Assembly (NCBI RefSeq): GCF_964204645.1
Contig: NC_134036.1
Location: 744,001-808,000, forward strand
DNA from: Tubulanus polymorphus
Lineage: Eukaryota; Animalia; Nemertea
Direction: 5' to 3'
DNA: 64,000 nucleotides
The position numbers were made by a program, and so were the translations under genes. Each line of letters starts with the position of its first letter. Position 1 is the first letter of the stretch. This document shows, in pieces, positions 54,205 to 64,000 of this stretch. The notes beneath the pieces are model-generated. The model worked only from the letters and a program-made list of their open reading frames with translations, had not been told where the DNA came from and did not search any database.

Positions 54205-55004
54205 GCCATAAAGGCTAGAGCATTACATAGCTGTTATAATGAGAAATCCTTTAACTGGTTGGAGCCAGTATTTAGAACTGGCACCACAAGTGTTAATTAA
54301 GTCAATACAGGTTAATTATGATGGATTATAATAAATTCCGATCCTCACACGTTTGAGGTGAGAGTGGTATATGATATAGTGTAATTGGGACACCTGACAC
54401 TCAGGGCATTGTTTTGATGTTATTTATATTGTGTCAATGAGTATAATGTTTGCTGGTGTGGGACATACTGTAATTACGCCATTATCAATTGTACCCTCTT
54501 TGATGTTCCTCGTCATCGCGAACAAAACATCAGTCTACGCGAACAAAAATTGAGCAATCCTCCGGCAGCGGCGGGCTTCATAAAACAACACGCGAACCCC
54601 CTGTTGTTTTAGTGAGAAGTTCTCTCAGGGGGCTCTAACCCTCGGGGGGGGGGGGTCCTGTTAATTTTGCCCACACAATAAATACAGCAGCTGTGACTGC
54701 ATGTGCTGATTCAGTAATTGAAGCCTCTATCAGTGATCAATTAAAGCTCAGAACTACATAATGTCGAATTTGTGTCGTGCCTTATGATTAGTAAATTGCG
54801 AGAAGTTCTTTGTAGAAATTTTTTCCCCCTCAGGCCTGGTAAACTAAATAATGCCGTGTATTGAACAGTCATGAAGCTACGTACATACTTTTTTCTATAG
54901 TAATGGAATAAAAGAAATTTACAATTTTTGAATTTAAAAAAACTTTAAATGGAAAGGTAGGAAGGAGGTTAGGGAGTTTTCAATTGTTCTTTGTCTATTT
55001 TCTA

Positions 55005-55292
55005 AGTTCACAGTTGTGAGCAATGATTTGCCTCAAAGTAAACCTATCCTTGCTCAACTCTAACTCACAAAGTTGTGGAACTGGATCCTGAGTTCGCAGT
55101 TAACTCTAACTTACAACTGCGGAACTGGATCCTGAGTTCGCAGTTAACTCTAACTTACAACTGTGGAACTGGATCCTGAGTTCACAGTCAACTCTAACTC
55201 ACAACTGTGGAACTGGATCCTGAGTTCACAGTTAAAACCTAACTTACAACTGTGGAACTGGATCCCGAGTTCACAGTTAACTCTCACTCACA
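55005..55292 (-). repeat. Tandem array (about 44 bp) of the same motif (acaactgtggaactggatcctgagttc..agttaactctaact)
   Basis: About 5-6 units; reverse complement of the 3970-4282 motif. Confidence 0.75.
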
Positions 55293-55808
55293 CATTTTAA
55301 GTTGTTGTTTCCTGTATTTCCCATTCAGACAATTCATATTTTCGTAGCCTCTCGATTTTCATAATTCATCCCGAACAAAAACTGTTATAAGCGCACTTCA
55401 AATAAACACGCGCGTCATTTAGATCTCATTACACCATATGTCTCCTCTCACTATCCGTATTTCACGTGCGGACACAAATTTTTCATTCATCGAAAAACTT
55501 AATGAAGTGTTTTTTGAATTGTTGTCGAGAGGCTGTGAATGCGCAAATCTACACAGAATTAGACGATCATTCATGAATCTTTCAAACGTATATCCACTAT
55601 CGCCGTATGTCACTAGTTTTACTATTTCGAAAAATCTGATATTGATATTTATCACTCGTAGCGCAGAAATACGTTATACGCAATTCGAAATATCAATATC
55701 ATTCTTATACGTTTCGATAATGTTTTAAATTCAATTGTCTCAAGTGCTGAATCCAGCTGTTTATTACTTTTGAAATCAAAATGTGGATTTAACGCTCAAT
55801 TTGTAATA

Positions 55809-55979
55809 AGGACCATTCATTTATTACGTACGCATTAGGGGAGGGGGAGGGGTCAGTGCAATTGCGTACTGTTATGATTAATGTAGGCCTATATGGAAAA
55901 AATGGCCGATTTTGCGTACAGAGGGGGAGGGGGGTTGATAAATTCAAATTTTATGCGTACGTAATAAATGAATGATCCC
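55809..55979. mobile_element. MITE with TIR GGACCATTCATTTATTACGTACGCA
   Basis: About 25-bp inverted termini and internal gagggggagggg repeats. Confidence 0.78.
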
Positions 55980-57287
55980 ATATATAAAGTAAATGCTTTC
56001 TATATCAAAAGTTGTTGGTCCACGCCACGTTTTAAATCTGATTTTGTGTGATTTTTCACTATCACTATCAAGAATTTCTTGACATTTTTCTGAACACTGC
56101 AAACTGTACTGGAGGCGCATTGAATTAAAATATCGATATTTTTAAAGCCTAGAACATTAACTATCGCGCGAACCCTGGTAATTTCCGAGAATTTAAAGAC
56201 ACATTCTCCGAGCACTGCTCCATATTTGTGGGTGCATTTAAATTCGATTAAAATTGTCGATATTGCTGAACGCTTTAAACCGTGGTTATATCCGGCCAGG
56301 TTTCGTATTACTCAGGTTTTCTGGTAGTGCGTTTACACAGCAAACACAGTCGTAACTGAATCCACTGAATGTGAAATTGATCTTGTTATCATAACCTTTA
56401 ATAAACACAGAAATCCCGATTCAATATCGTTTTTACCAGATGTTTAAATATCATTGTAAAATCGCGTCGTTAGCTATATCTTTACTCATTGTTCGGGCTT
56501 TTTTGGGCAAGAGAATTGAGAGGTTTTTTGGGCTGAAGACGACAAACTATCTAAGGCTAAATTGAGTTCAACAAAGTCCAACAATTCGAATTCCATGCGA
56601 TAAAATTCATCGAAATGAAACCACGATATATAAATATTTAAATAAGTAATTTATATATTAATATCTATTTTAATAATCAAAAAAGTAATTGTAAAAATTT
56701 AATAATTTAAATAAAATTTAATAATTTGAATAATAAATATTTATATAAGCGTGTACGCTTATGTCGAGTAGGTTTATCGGCTGCCAGTTCAGGACTCAGT
56801 GACTTCCAGTCAATGTCAATGTCAAGGTCGGTCGATGTTAAGTGATGTATTTAACTTGTCTCTAGTCGCGTTAAATTGTTAATTTCGTCGTCGACGACTA
56901 CGGACACGAGATATATTTACGACTCGAGCGGCGCCAACAATGCGATCGTAGCCGTTGATAATTACGTCAAATCGTCATAGATACCGCGCAATTATCACGC
57001 GTTTAGACGGCGATGATTTCGAAGCCGATAAAATATCAATTTCGCCGACAGACGACGACAGGGCGATGTGGAAAACGTTTTGTTTCGGGTGTTTAGGAAC
57101 ACGACGAGCTACGTTTTAATAATTACGGTCGTTATTAGTTTCGATATACAACAATTACCGCGTCAACCTTCATCATCACACTTAACACTATCATTAGTTA
57201 CAGAGTGTGAGGAAAAAAATATTATTTGCCGTTAGAGAGAATTATGTTTTTTTTGTTTTTTTTGACGTATATGAAATATATCTACGA

Positions 57288-57565
57288 CTCGGTCAGGATC
57301 CAGTTGCGCAGACTCGGTCAGGGTCCAGTTGCATAGACTCAGTCAGGGTCCAGTTGCGCAAACTCGGTCAGGGTCCAGTTGCGCAGACTCAGAGCTGTTA
57401 CATTGACTTTTGAACCAAAATGAGCTTAGACCGATCTTAAGCTGTTAATAGAACCAAAAAGAACGTAGACTGGTCTCAAGTTGTTAGTTTGGTTTTATAA
57501 CCAAAATGAATTTCAACTTTTCTAAGCCTTTAACTAAATCTAAGCCTTATTTACTGTGCAACTGA
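57288..57565 (+). repeat. MITE family A with four tandem 25-bp copies of its terminus
   Basis: (ctcggtcagggtccagttgcgcaga)x4 followed by family-A core units. Confidence 0.65.
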
Positions 57566-58054
57566 TCACATGGTCAAGTCCTATGTAATGTGGGGCCCGA
57601 CACTTGTGTAATAGGTTGGGAACATTTTTTTGAAATATTTGTCAGTTATTACCATGGTTACTCATTGTCACTTTGTCAGTTGTCATAGTTAAGCATTTTA
57701 GAGGTAGTTCTGTCCGATCTTCTGCTGCTGCTGCGGGACACATTTCCACCATCAAAACAAGGAATGCATCAATAAAAAATATCAAAAACAACTAACTTCC
57801 AATAGAAAACATTAACTATATTCTACAAGCACAGGTAACACATGCAATAATCAAAGAAACTAAAAATCAATAATGAAACAGAAACTCAAAAACATGGAAG
57901 CATCTTGCTTCTTCGATAAACGGTCACAGATCCACAGCAAAGTCAAAGGCCTCAAATCATTCCAATAAATCAAATTTGAAAAGTTTCAGAGGAGGCAGAA
58001 TGTGATCTTGGATCTGAGACAGTGTCAACTGGCATGCGTCTGAAACCAGCTCAC

Positions 58055-58105
58055 CGAAACTCTCAAGCTCATGCAACTCATAAAATCTTCTCTCATTCTT
58101 TGAGA
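58055..58105 (-). other. Candidate 51-nt second UTR exon
   Basis: Acceptor tttctttcattttag; donor TCG|gtgagc. Confidence 0.33.
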
Positions 58106-58708
58106 CTAAAATGAAAGAAATTTAACACAAATAAATGATTGATAGTTTAGTAATTTAAATGAATTATTCTATAATCTATTTCTGCCAGAATGGTTGCACA
58201 TTTTTTGGCCAGACCTCAATCAATGCCTGCAGTATCCTGGTATGTTACTAACATTAGATTTTTTTTGACACGAGTAAATCATTTTTCTCATAAATGGTCT
58301 TAAATATATCTTCCCATAGTTTTTATTGAGGCTCAGACTTCACGTCTATGGAGCGATCTTAGTCCCCTTCAACACAGATAGCTATGGCCAAAAAGGTTGG
58401 TGGCCAAGGGGGGGTGAAACACATGCAACCAATCTGAATAAATAACTACCCATATTCTAACTATAGCTACTGTTAAGTTTAATTATGGTGCAAGGCTGCT
58501 ACAATCTTCATCTCATACGCCAAAAACGGCAGAGCACAAGTAGGCCCCAGGGCCCAACGAATCGAATGAGTGGTGTCAAAATTAATAGGATTCATAGAAA
58601 ACTTGCATCATCATTATCATCGGTTATTGAAGCTTTCATCATGCGGCGGGAGGATGTTATTACATGCGTGGGTCAAACTTCGACACAGTTCACGGTTCGG
58701 TAGCCTAC

Positions 58709-59020
58709 CTCTTTCTTCTCTCCGTCTCCTCGGCGCGAGTCGCTCAGCCGTCAAACTGGGGAAGAAGCCAGATGATCATTGCCTTCCAAAAACAAACTCT
58801 CCTACAGCCGAATATCAACTGAATCCAATCCACCAAAAATCACATCCATCCTCTATTCGATTTATTCCAATCGTGAAACGAACGTTTAAAGCGTGCCATC
58901 GTTATCAAGTGTTGTTAAAATAGTCTTTTAATTCGGAAAACGCTTCCTCAAATGCGCCGCCATTTTATTTAAGCCATAGCCGTCGCCACTTGCCGCAGCT
59001 ACTTTGTAGATGGCGCCAGC
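58709..59020 (-). promoter_or_regulatory. Housekeeping-type promoter and non-coding first exon with several short uORFs
   Basis: CpG-rich patch with YY1 motif AAAATGGCGGC (about 58956-58966), CTCF-like site at 59004-59018 and donor AG|gtaggc at 58708; all three frames are closed. Confidence 0.5.
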
Positions 59021-59483
59021 TCTCGACCGAAAACCTGAAATAAAAACAGTTAATGATTTCCACTACGATTATCGGATTTAAGTTATTGTCTTAATTCGAC
59101 AGCTCCCCGACAGTTATTCAAATCCGATAATGTGGGTCTTCAACCTCAAATGCGTTGCATATGCATTCCCCAATCGACAATTATGCGTGGTTTATCTTTA
59201 CGAAATGGAGGCAAGCTACAGCCTTGCTTGACTCCCTACTTATGAAATAAATGAAAAGACTTGAAAAGAAAAGGCAATAATTAAATAGATCTAAATTCTA
59301 GATTCCTCCATAAATTTAAAGCTAAGATTATTTCCTTCTTTCCTGATAATAAAACTGGACAGAGATATCTTAATTCATCGCAAAAAACAAACGAAAAGAG
59401 CCAATTTTTGGCTATGAACAGAACTTAATAAATAGAGCCAACCAGGCAAAATAAAATGGATTAAATACATTAATGTCATTCAG

Positions 59484-59489
59484 TTTATT
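59484..59489 (-). terminator. Polyadenylation signal of the GABPB-like gene
   Basis: AATAAA on the minus strand downstream of the stop codon, followed by T-rich sequence. Confidence 0.5.
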
Positions 59490-59967
59490 AAATAAATACA
59501 TAATAAGACGATTACAAAATCTATAATGATTATAAATGCTTTATGAATTCAATTCCTTTAGAATATGTATTTATCTTATTTACACATATATTACAAATCC
59601 ATCGCCATCGTGTGATCACCGATATCTCTTTATAAATCTACAGCTTGGACCTTGCACCCCCCCAGCCTGTATCTGGCACCCCTCAACTTGGACCTTGTAC
59701 TCATCAGAAATTATCATAATCCACACTTCAGACACTTTTAATCGAAAATGAACTACAAACACCAGATATTAGACATTTGGCAAGCACGCTTTCAAAAACT
59801 GATTGTCCAAACTTCAAACTAAAACTGGAAATGTCTGTAAGGCTAGTTAAAGAGTGTCCAGGCTAGAGGGGTGGCAGGTTCCAGGGCAGAGATTCATAAT
59901 TACATAGAACACAAGTAAAGCAGATGCTTATCTTCCGAAACTCACTCCTAATAATTTCAGCGGTAAA

Positions 59968-60183
59968 TTACTCGAAATCTTTGATAACTTTTTTGATGAT
60001 TTTGCGAGTAGATTTTCGTACTTGAGCTTCGACTGTCGGTTCTTTCTCTTTCGGCGGTTGCATTTTGAAATTACGAGCCGGTTTCAACACGATCTTCGTC
60101 GTAGGTTTCAACAGTTTCCGTGGCGACGATGAAGGCAACTGAATGTTGCTATGGAAATCCTCGGGATTGTCGTCGATAGCAAC
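59968..60183 (-). CDS. GABPB: GABP-beta-like terminal coding exon (VAIDDNPEDF...KIIKKVIKDFE*)
   Basis: Acceptor ctaatttcag, phase 0, 71 open codons ending in TAA at 59970-59968; AATAAA about 480 nt downstream. Confidence 0.72.
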   Translation of the reverse strand, partial: VAIDDNPEDFHSNIQLPSSSPRKLLKPTTKIVLKPARNFKMQPPKEKEPTVEAQVRKSTRKIIKKVIKDFE

Positions 60184-60258
60184 CTGAAATTAGCAATGAT
60201 GTAAAAATTTAAAAAGAGATAGCAAAATATCCTTTTTGACCACTTAAAAGGATAATGA

Positions 60259-61710
60259 TTTGACACCAAATAGGGGTGGAATTTTACCGGTCTCAATTTT
60301 ACCGCAGTAAGAGACAGAATCTACTGTATTTCACAAACTCTTACTCAGTATTTGACACCAACTCGGGGTGGAATTTTACCGGTCTCAACTTTACCGCAGT
60401 AGAGACAGAATCTACTGTATTTCACAAACTCTTACTCAGTATTTGACACCAACTCGGGGTAGAATTTTACCGGTCTCAACTTTACCGCAGTAGAGACAGA
60501 GTCTACTGTATTTCACAAACTCTTACTCAGTATTTGACACCAACTCGGGGTAGAATTTTACCGGTCTCAACTTTACCGCAGTAAGAGACAGAGTCTACTG
60601 TATTTCACAAACTCTTACTCAGTATTTGACACCAACTCGGGGTAGAATTTTACCGGTCTCAACTTTACCGCAGTAGAGACAGAGTCTACTGTATTTCACA
60701 AACTCTTACTCAGTATTTGACACCAACTCGGGGTAGAATTTTACAGGTCTCAACTTTACCGCAGTAAGAGACAGAATCTACTGTATTTCACAAACTCTTA
60801 CTCAGTATTTGACACCAACTCGGGGTGGAATTTTACCGGTCTCAACTTTACCGCAGTAGAGACAGAATCTACTGTATTTCACAAACTCTTACTCAGTATT
60901 TGACACCAACTCGGGGTAGAATTTTACCGGTCTCAACTTTACCGCAGTAAGAGACAGAGTCTACTGTATTTCACAAACTCTTACTCAGTATTTGACACCA
61001 ACTCGGGGTAGAATTTTACCGGTCTCAACTTTACCGCAGTAGAGACAGAGTCTACTGTATTTCACAAACTCTTACTCAGTATTTGACACCAACTCGGGGT
61101 AGAATTTTACAGGTCTCAACTTTACCGCAGTAAGAGACAGAGTCTACTGTATTTCAAAAACTCTTACTCAGTATTTGACACCAACTCGGGGTAGAATTTT
61201 ACAGGTCTCAACTTTACCGCAGTAAGAGACAGAGTCTACTGTATTTCACAAACTCTTACTCAGTATTTGGCACCAACTCGGGGTAGAATTTTACCGGTCT
61301 CAACTTTACCGCAGTAAGAGACAGAGTCTACTGTATTTCACAAACTCTTACTCAGTATTTGACACCAACTCGGGGTAGAATTTTACCGGTCTCAACTTTA
61401 CCGCAGTAAGAGACAGAGTCTACTGTATTTCACAAACTCTTACTCGGTATTTGACACCAACTCGGGGTAGAATTTTACCGGTCTCAACTTTACCGCAGTA
61501 GAGACAGAGTCTACTGTATTTCAAAAACTCTTACTCAGTATTTGACACCAACTCGGGGTAGAATTTTACAGGTCTCAACTTTACCGCAGTAAGAGACAGA
61601 GTCTACTGTATTTCACAAACTCTTACTCAGTATTTGACACCAACTCGGGGTAGAATTTTACCGGTCTCAACTTTACCGCAGTAAGAGACAGAGTCTACCG
61701 TTATTTCACA
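60259..61710 (+). repeat. 91/92-bp minisatellite (16 units) in the last GABPB intron; the same unit restarts at 63959-64000
   Basis: tttgacacca recurs every 91-92 bp with few diagnostic variants. Confidence 0.95.
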
Positions 61711-62353
61711 ATATCTAACATTCAACAACAACATTCAGAATTCTAATAAAAGCTAAAATGCACACAACATCTAATAGCAAACTGAAACTTTATCTACACA
61801 ATAAATAACCTCCGGATTAACCAATTCAGGATATTGGTTATTTTCACTAAAATCTGGTGTAGATATAGCTTTAGATAAGTGATCATAACATGCAAGAGTG
61901 AGCAAGCAAAAGAGAAACAGGGAGAGAGGAGAGCGTGGGGAGAGAGGGTGAGGAGGGAGAGGGTGTGGGGAGAGAGGGTGAGGGGAGAGAGGGTGAGTAG
62001 AACAGGAGTGAAGTGATAAAGATATAAAATTGAAATGGGATAGGTAGAGAGAGGGTGAGGATGGAGGGAGATGAAGGGAGTGAGAAGGGAAGAGAGAAAA
62101 ACAAAGATTGAAAGAGGGATAGAAAGATAGGGAAAGTAGTAGATAAAGTTAGAGCAGAGACGGGGATAGTTGAGGGCGAAGAGATGGGCAGAGAGTAAGG
62201 AGAGTTGAGAAGAGAGAGAGAAGAGAGAGAGAGGAGACAGAGTGCAAGACTGAAGCAAGCAGTCCAGTCATACACACACACCACTACATACATAAATAAC
62301 GGAAGCTATAACAACAATAACAACAGCTAGATGGCGCTCTATGCATCGCCTAC

Positions 62354-62427
62354 TTCTTCAACATTTTCCTCCTCTAAGTCTTCGAGTTTGATACGTTTTT
62401 GAAGCGGTTCATCGTCGTGTAACTCTT
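62354..62427 (-). CDS. GABPB: GABP-beta-like exon with NLS-like motif (EELHDDEPLQKRIKLEDLEEENVEE)
   Basis: Acceptor gtttcgatttcag, donor gtaggc, 74 nt, phase 1-0. EPLQKR corresponds to EEPPAKR of vertebrate GABPB. Confidence 0.82.
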
Positions 62428-62552
62428 CTGAAATCGAAACAAAACATCGAGTTATTGGTGGCAAAAGATGAAGCTAATTTGAGTAGAATACTGATAAATC
62501 TGATATTTGAGTGGTGCCATCTAGTGGGTTCACCAGGCGATTCAAATATTAC

Positions 62553-62655
62553 CGGTATCTAAATGCGTCTGCGGGTCGACGTGCACGTCTGCTGCAACCG
62601 TCATCAACATCTGCTGATGGTCTCCATCTTCACCGGTTACTATTGTGATCATACT
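62553..62655 (-). CDS. GABPB: GABP-beta-like exon (SMITIVTGEDGDHQQMLMTVAADVHVDPQTHLDT)
   Basis: Acceptor tttgatttcag, donor gtaata, 103 nt, phase 0-1. ITIVT...QQ.L.TV resembles the vertebrate GABPB activation region (VITIVTDG...QQVLTVPA). Confidence 0.82.
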
Positions 62656-62755
62656 CTGAAATCAAACAAAACCATGAAATATTTTTTTCTAAATTTTTTT
62701 TGAGATATCGAAAATAAACTGAATACTATCGGAGATATATCGAATCACCACTTAC

Positions 62756-62868
62756 GGGATCTAAAACGTTCTCTTCACTTTCCTCTACGATTTCCTCTTC
62801 TTCCTCTTCGTCGTGTTCCCTTTTTATGCCTTTGTTCTTCACGAAATTCAGCGCCAATTTTCCAGCTT
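62756..62868 (-). CDS. GABPB: GABP-beta-like exon (EAGKLALNFVKNKGIKREHDEEEEEEIVEESEENVLDP)
   Basis: Acceptor tgtttttgcag, donor gtaagt, 113 nt, phase 1-0; splices in frame with the previous exon. Confidence 0.82.
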
Positions 62869-62893
62869 CTGCAAAAACAAACACTTTAATTTA

Positions 62894-63105
62894 GGCTAAA
62901 ATACAAATGATATCTTGTTTCCCCTGATCGACCGGGGGTCATTTTTGTGAAATTTGCAATCAGTTCATTTCTATTACTGCTGGGTTTGTAATTGTTACCC
63001 TGATCATGATTTATAAAAGGTAATGTACAGGGTAGATGGCGGCCGGCTGTGTCCACTAAAAGGCTCATCAGAAATGAGAGAAGCAAGGTATCGATTTCTT
63101 TAGCC
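62894..63105. mobile_element. Harbinger-like MITE family C in a GABPB intron; second copy at 26055-26260
   Basis: GGCTAAA...TTTAGCC ends with TTA TSD; interior tgatcatgatt...gtaatgtacagggtagat shared with the 26.1-kb copy. Confidence 0.7.
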
Positions 63106-63200
63106 TTACTAGTCAAACGCTTGCATTGGATATAAGAGGTCACATGACTGAAGTCGTCCCATTTTAACCGGCTCCATTCTCAAACGACGCCGCAACTTAC

Positions 63201-63317
63201 CGGTCAAGGTCAAAGTGCTGCCACCTTCCAGAGCAGACGTGATCAGGGCTCCGTCGTCGGTAACCATAGTGATACCGTGTTCCTGCAGCCAATTCAACGC
63301 CTCCGACGCATTTACAC
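63201..63317 (-). CDS. GABPB: GA-binding protein beta-like, internal exon (VNASEALNWLQEHGITMVTDDGALITSALEGGSTLTLT); upstream ankyrin exons would lie beyond the window
   Basis: Acceptor ttttatatcatcag, donor gtaagt, phase 1-1. The HGITM...SALEGG.T..LTEAGKLALN motif resembles the invertebrate GABP-beta C-terminal region as I recall it. Confidence 0.8.
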
Positions 63318-64000
63318 CTGATGATATAAAACATTATCGGTAAACCAACAATGAAAACAGTTGATGAATTCAAACTAAAAGGCAACAGTTTTGAGAAAAT
63401 ACAATCGAGGACCAGCTGCGGCAAGCACCTTAAAAAAAAAACCCAATAACTTTTTCAACTAATCTAACTTCCGACGAAAATGCCTGGTAAATTTGATTCG
63501 ATATATCTAAATCTCGCGATAATCTCTCATAATCAAAAACACGTCGATGAATATCTAAATCTCGAGAATATTGCGACAAAATCCGAGTCTTATTATCATC
63601 AACGGTTTCGATATTGCGACATTTTATTAAAAGACGATCATTAAGATAAAACTCGAGATTACCTTAACTATCAACATTTTAATAAACGGCACAACATCAA
63701 AACAAACGGTTATATTATACAAGATAAACCACTGATCTAAGGATCGACGTTAACCCAGGTGTTTAATGAAAAAACATTGACTAAATATTAGAAAAACAGA
63801 CAAGATTTATGGATTGAAAAAGATATATAAACTGCAAGATTTCACCAGTCTCACTACCTCTGAGAAGAGACTGCTAAGCTCGTTCTGCTAATTCTTACAC
63901 CAGTGAACAGGAAAAACAGTAAGTTGATTTTATAATCTCGTTCTCAATTTCAGATACTTCAACTTTACCGCAGTAAGAGACAGAGTCTACTGTATTTCAC

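Noticed and set aside
58358-58385. Similarity to miR-133 (gtccccttcaac)
   Set aside because: The seed is mismatched and no precursor hairpin is evident.
58590-58645. Box C motifs suggesting an intronic C/D snoRNA
   Set aside because: No box D (CTGA) at a suitable distance on the same strand.
60259-61710. CRISPR-like regular array
   Set aside because: Units are contiguous and near-identical with no unique spacers; eukaryotic intron; no cas genes.

Overview
Eukaryotic (metazoan, invertebrate-like) genomic DNA. It is AT-rich, without general CpG depletion, and dense in microsatellites, minisatellites and short non-autonomous DNA transposons. The ORF track is almost all repeat-derived noise. 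Two genes are supported, both on the minus strand. (1) The last five coding exons of a GABP-beta-like transcription factor (63317..59968), which splice in frame at canonical GT-AG sites. (2) The 5' part of a long gene for a secreted or membrane protein: a signal-peptide exon at 4781..4663 plus candidate non-coding first/UTR exons at about 16.3, 52.0, 51.2, 58.9 and 58.1 kb. Their linkage to the signal-peptide exon is inferred, not shown. Most notable observations: a small TSD-flanked mobile unit built around a minimal hammerhead ribozyme (Penelope-type), present as an inverted pair at 17.6-17.9 kb and as a solo copy at 47.2-47.5 kb split by a MITE at its catalytic CUG; a recursive-splice-type AG|GTAAG acceptor on the start-codon exon; an AP-1 site cluster at 20.8-31.2 kb; a 13-nt miR-219-complementary site in the GABPB 3'UTR; and CWG-targeting Harbinger-like MITEs whose ends and interiors have seeded tandem arrays. 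No rRNA, intact tRNA, CRISPR array or transposase/RT ORF was found. All calls were made by eye.
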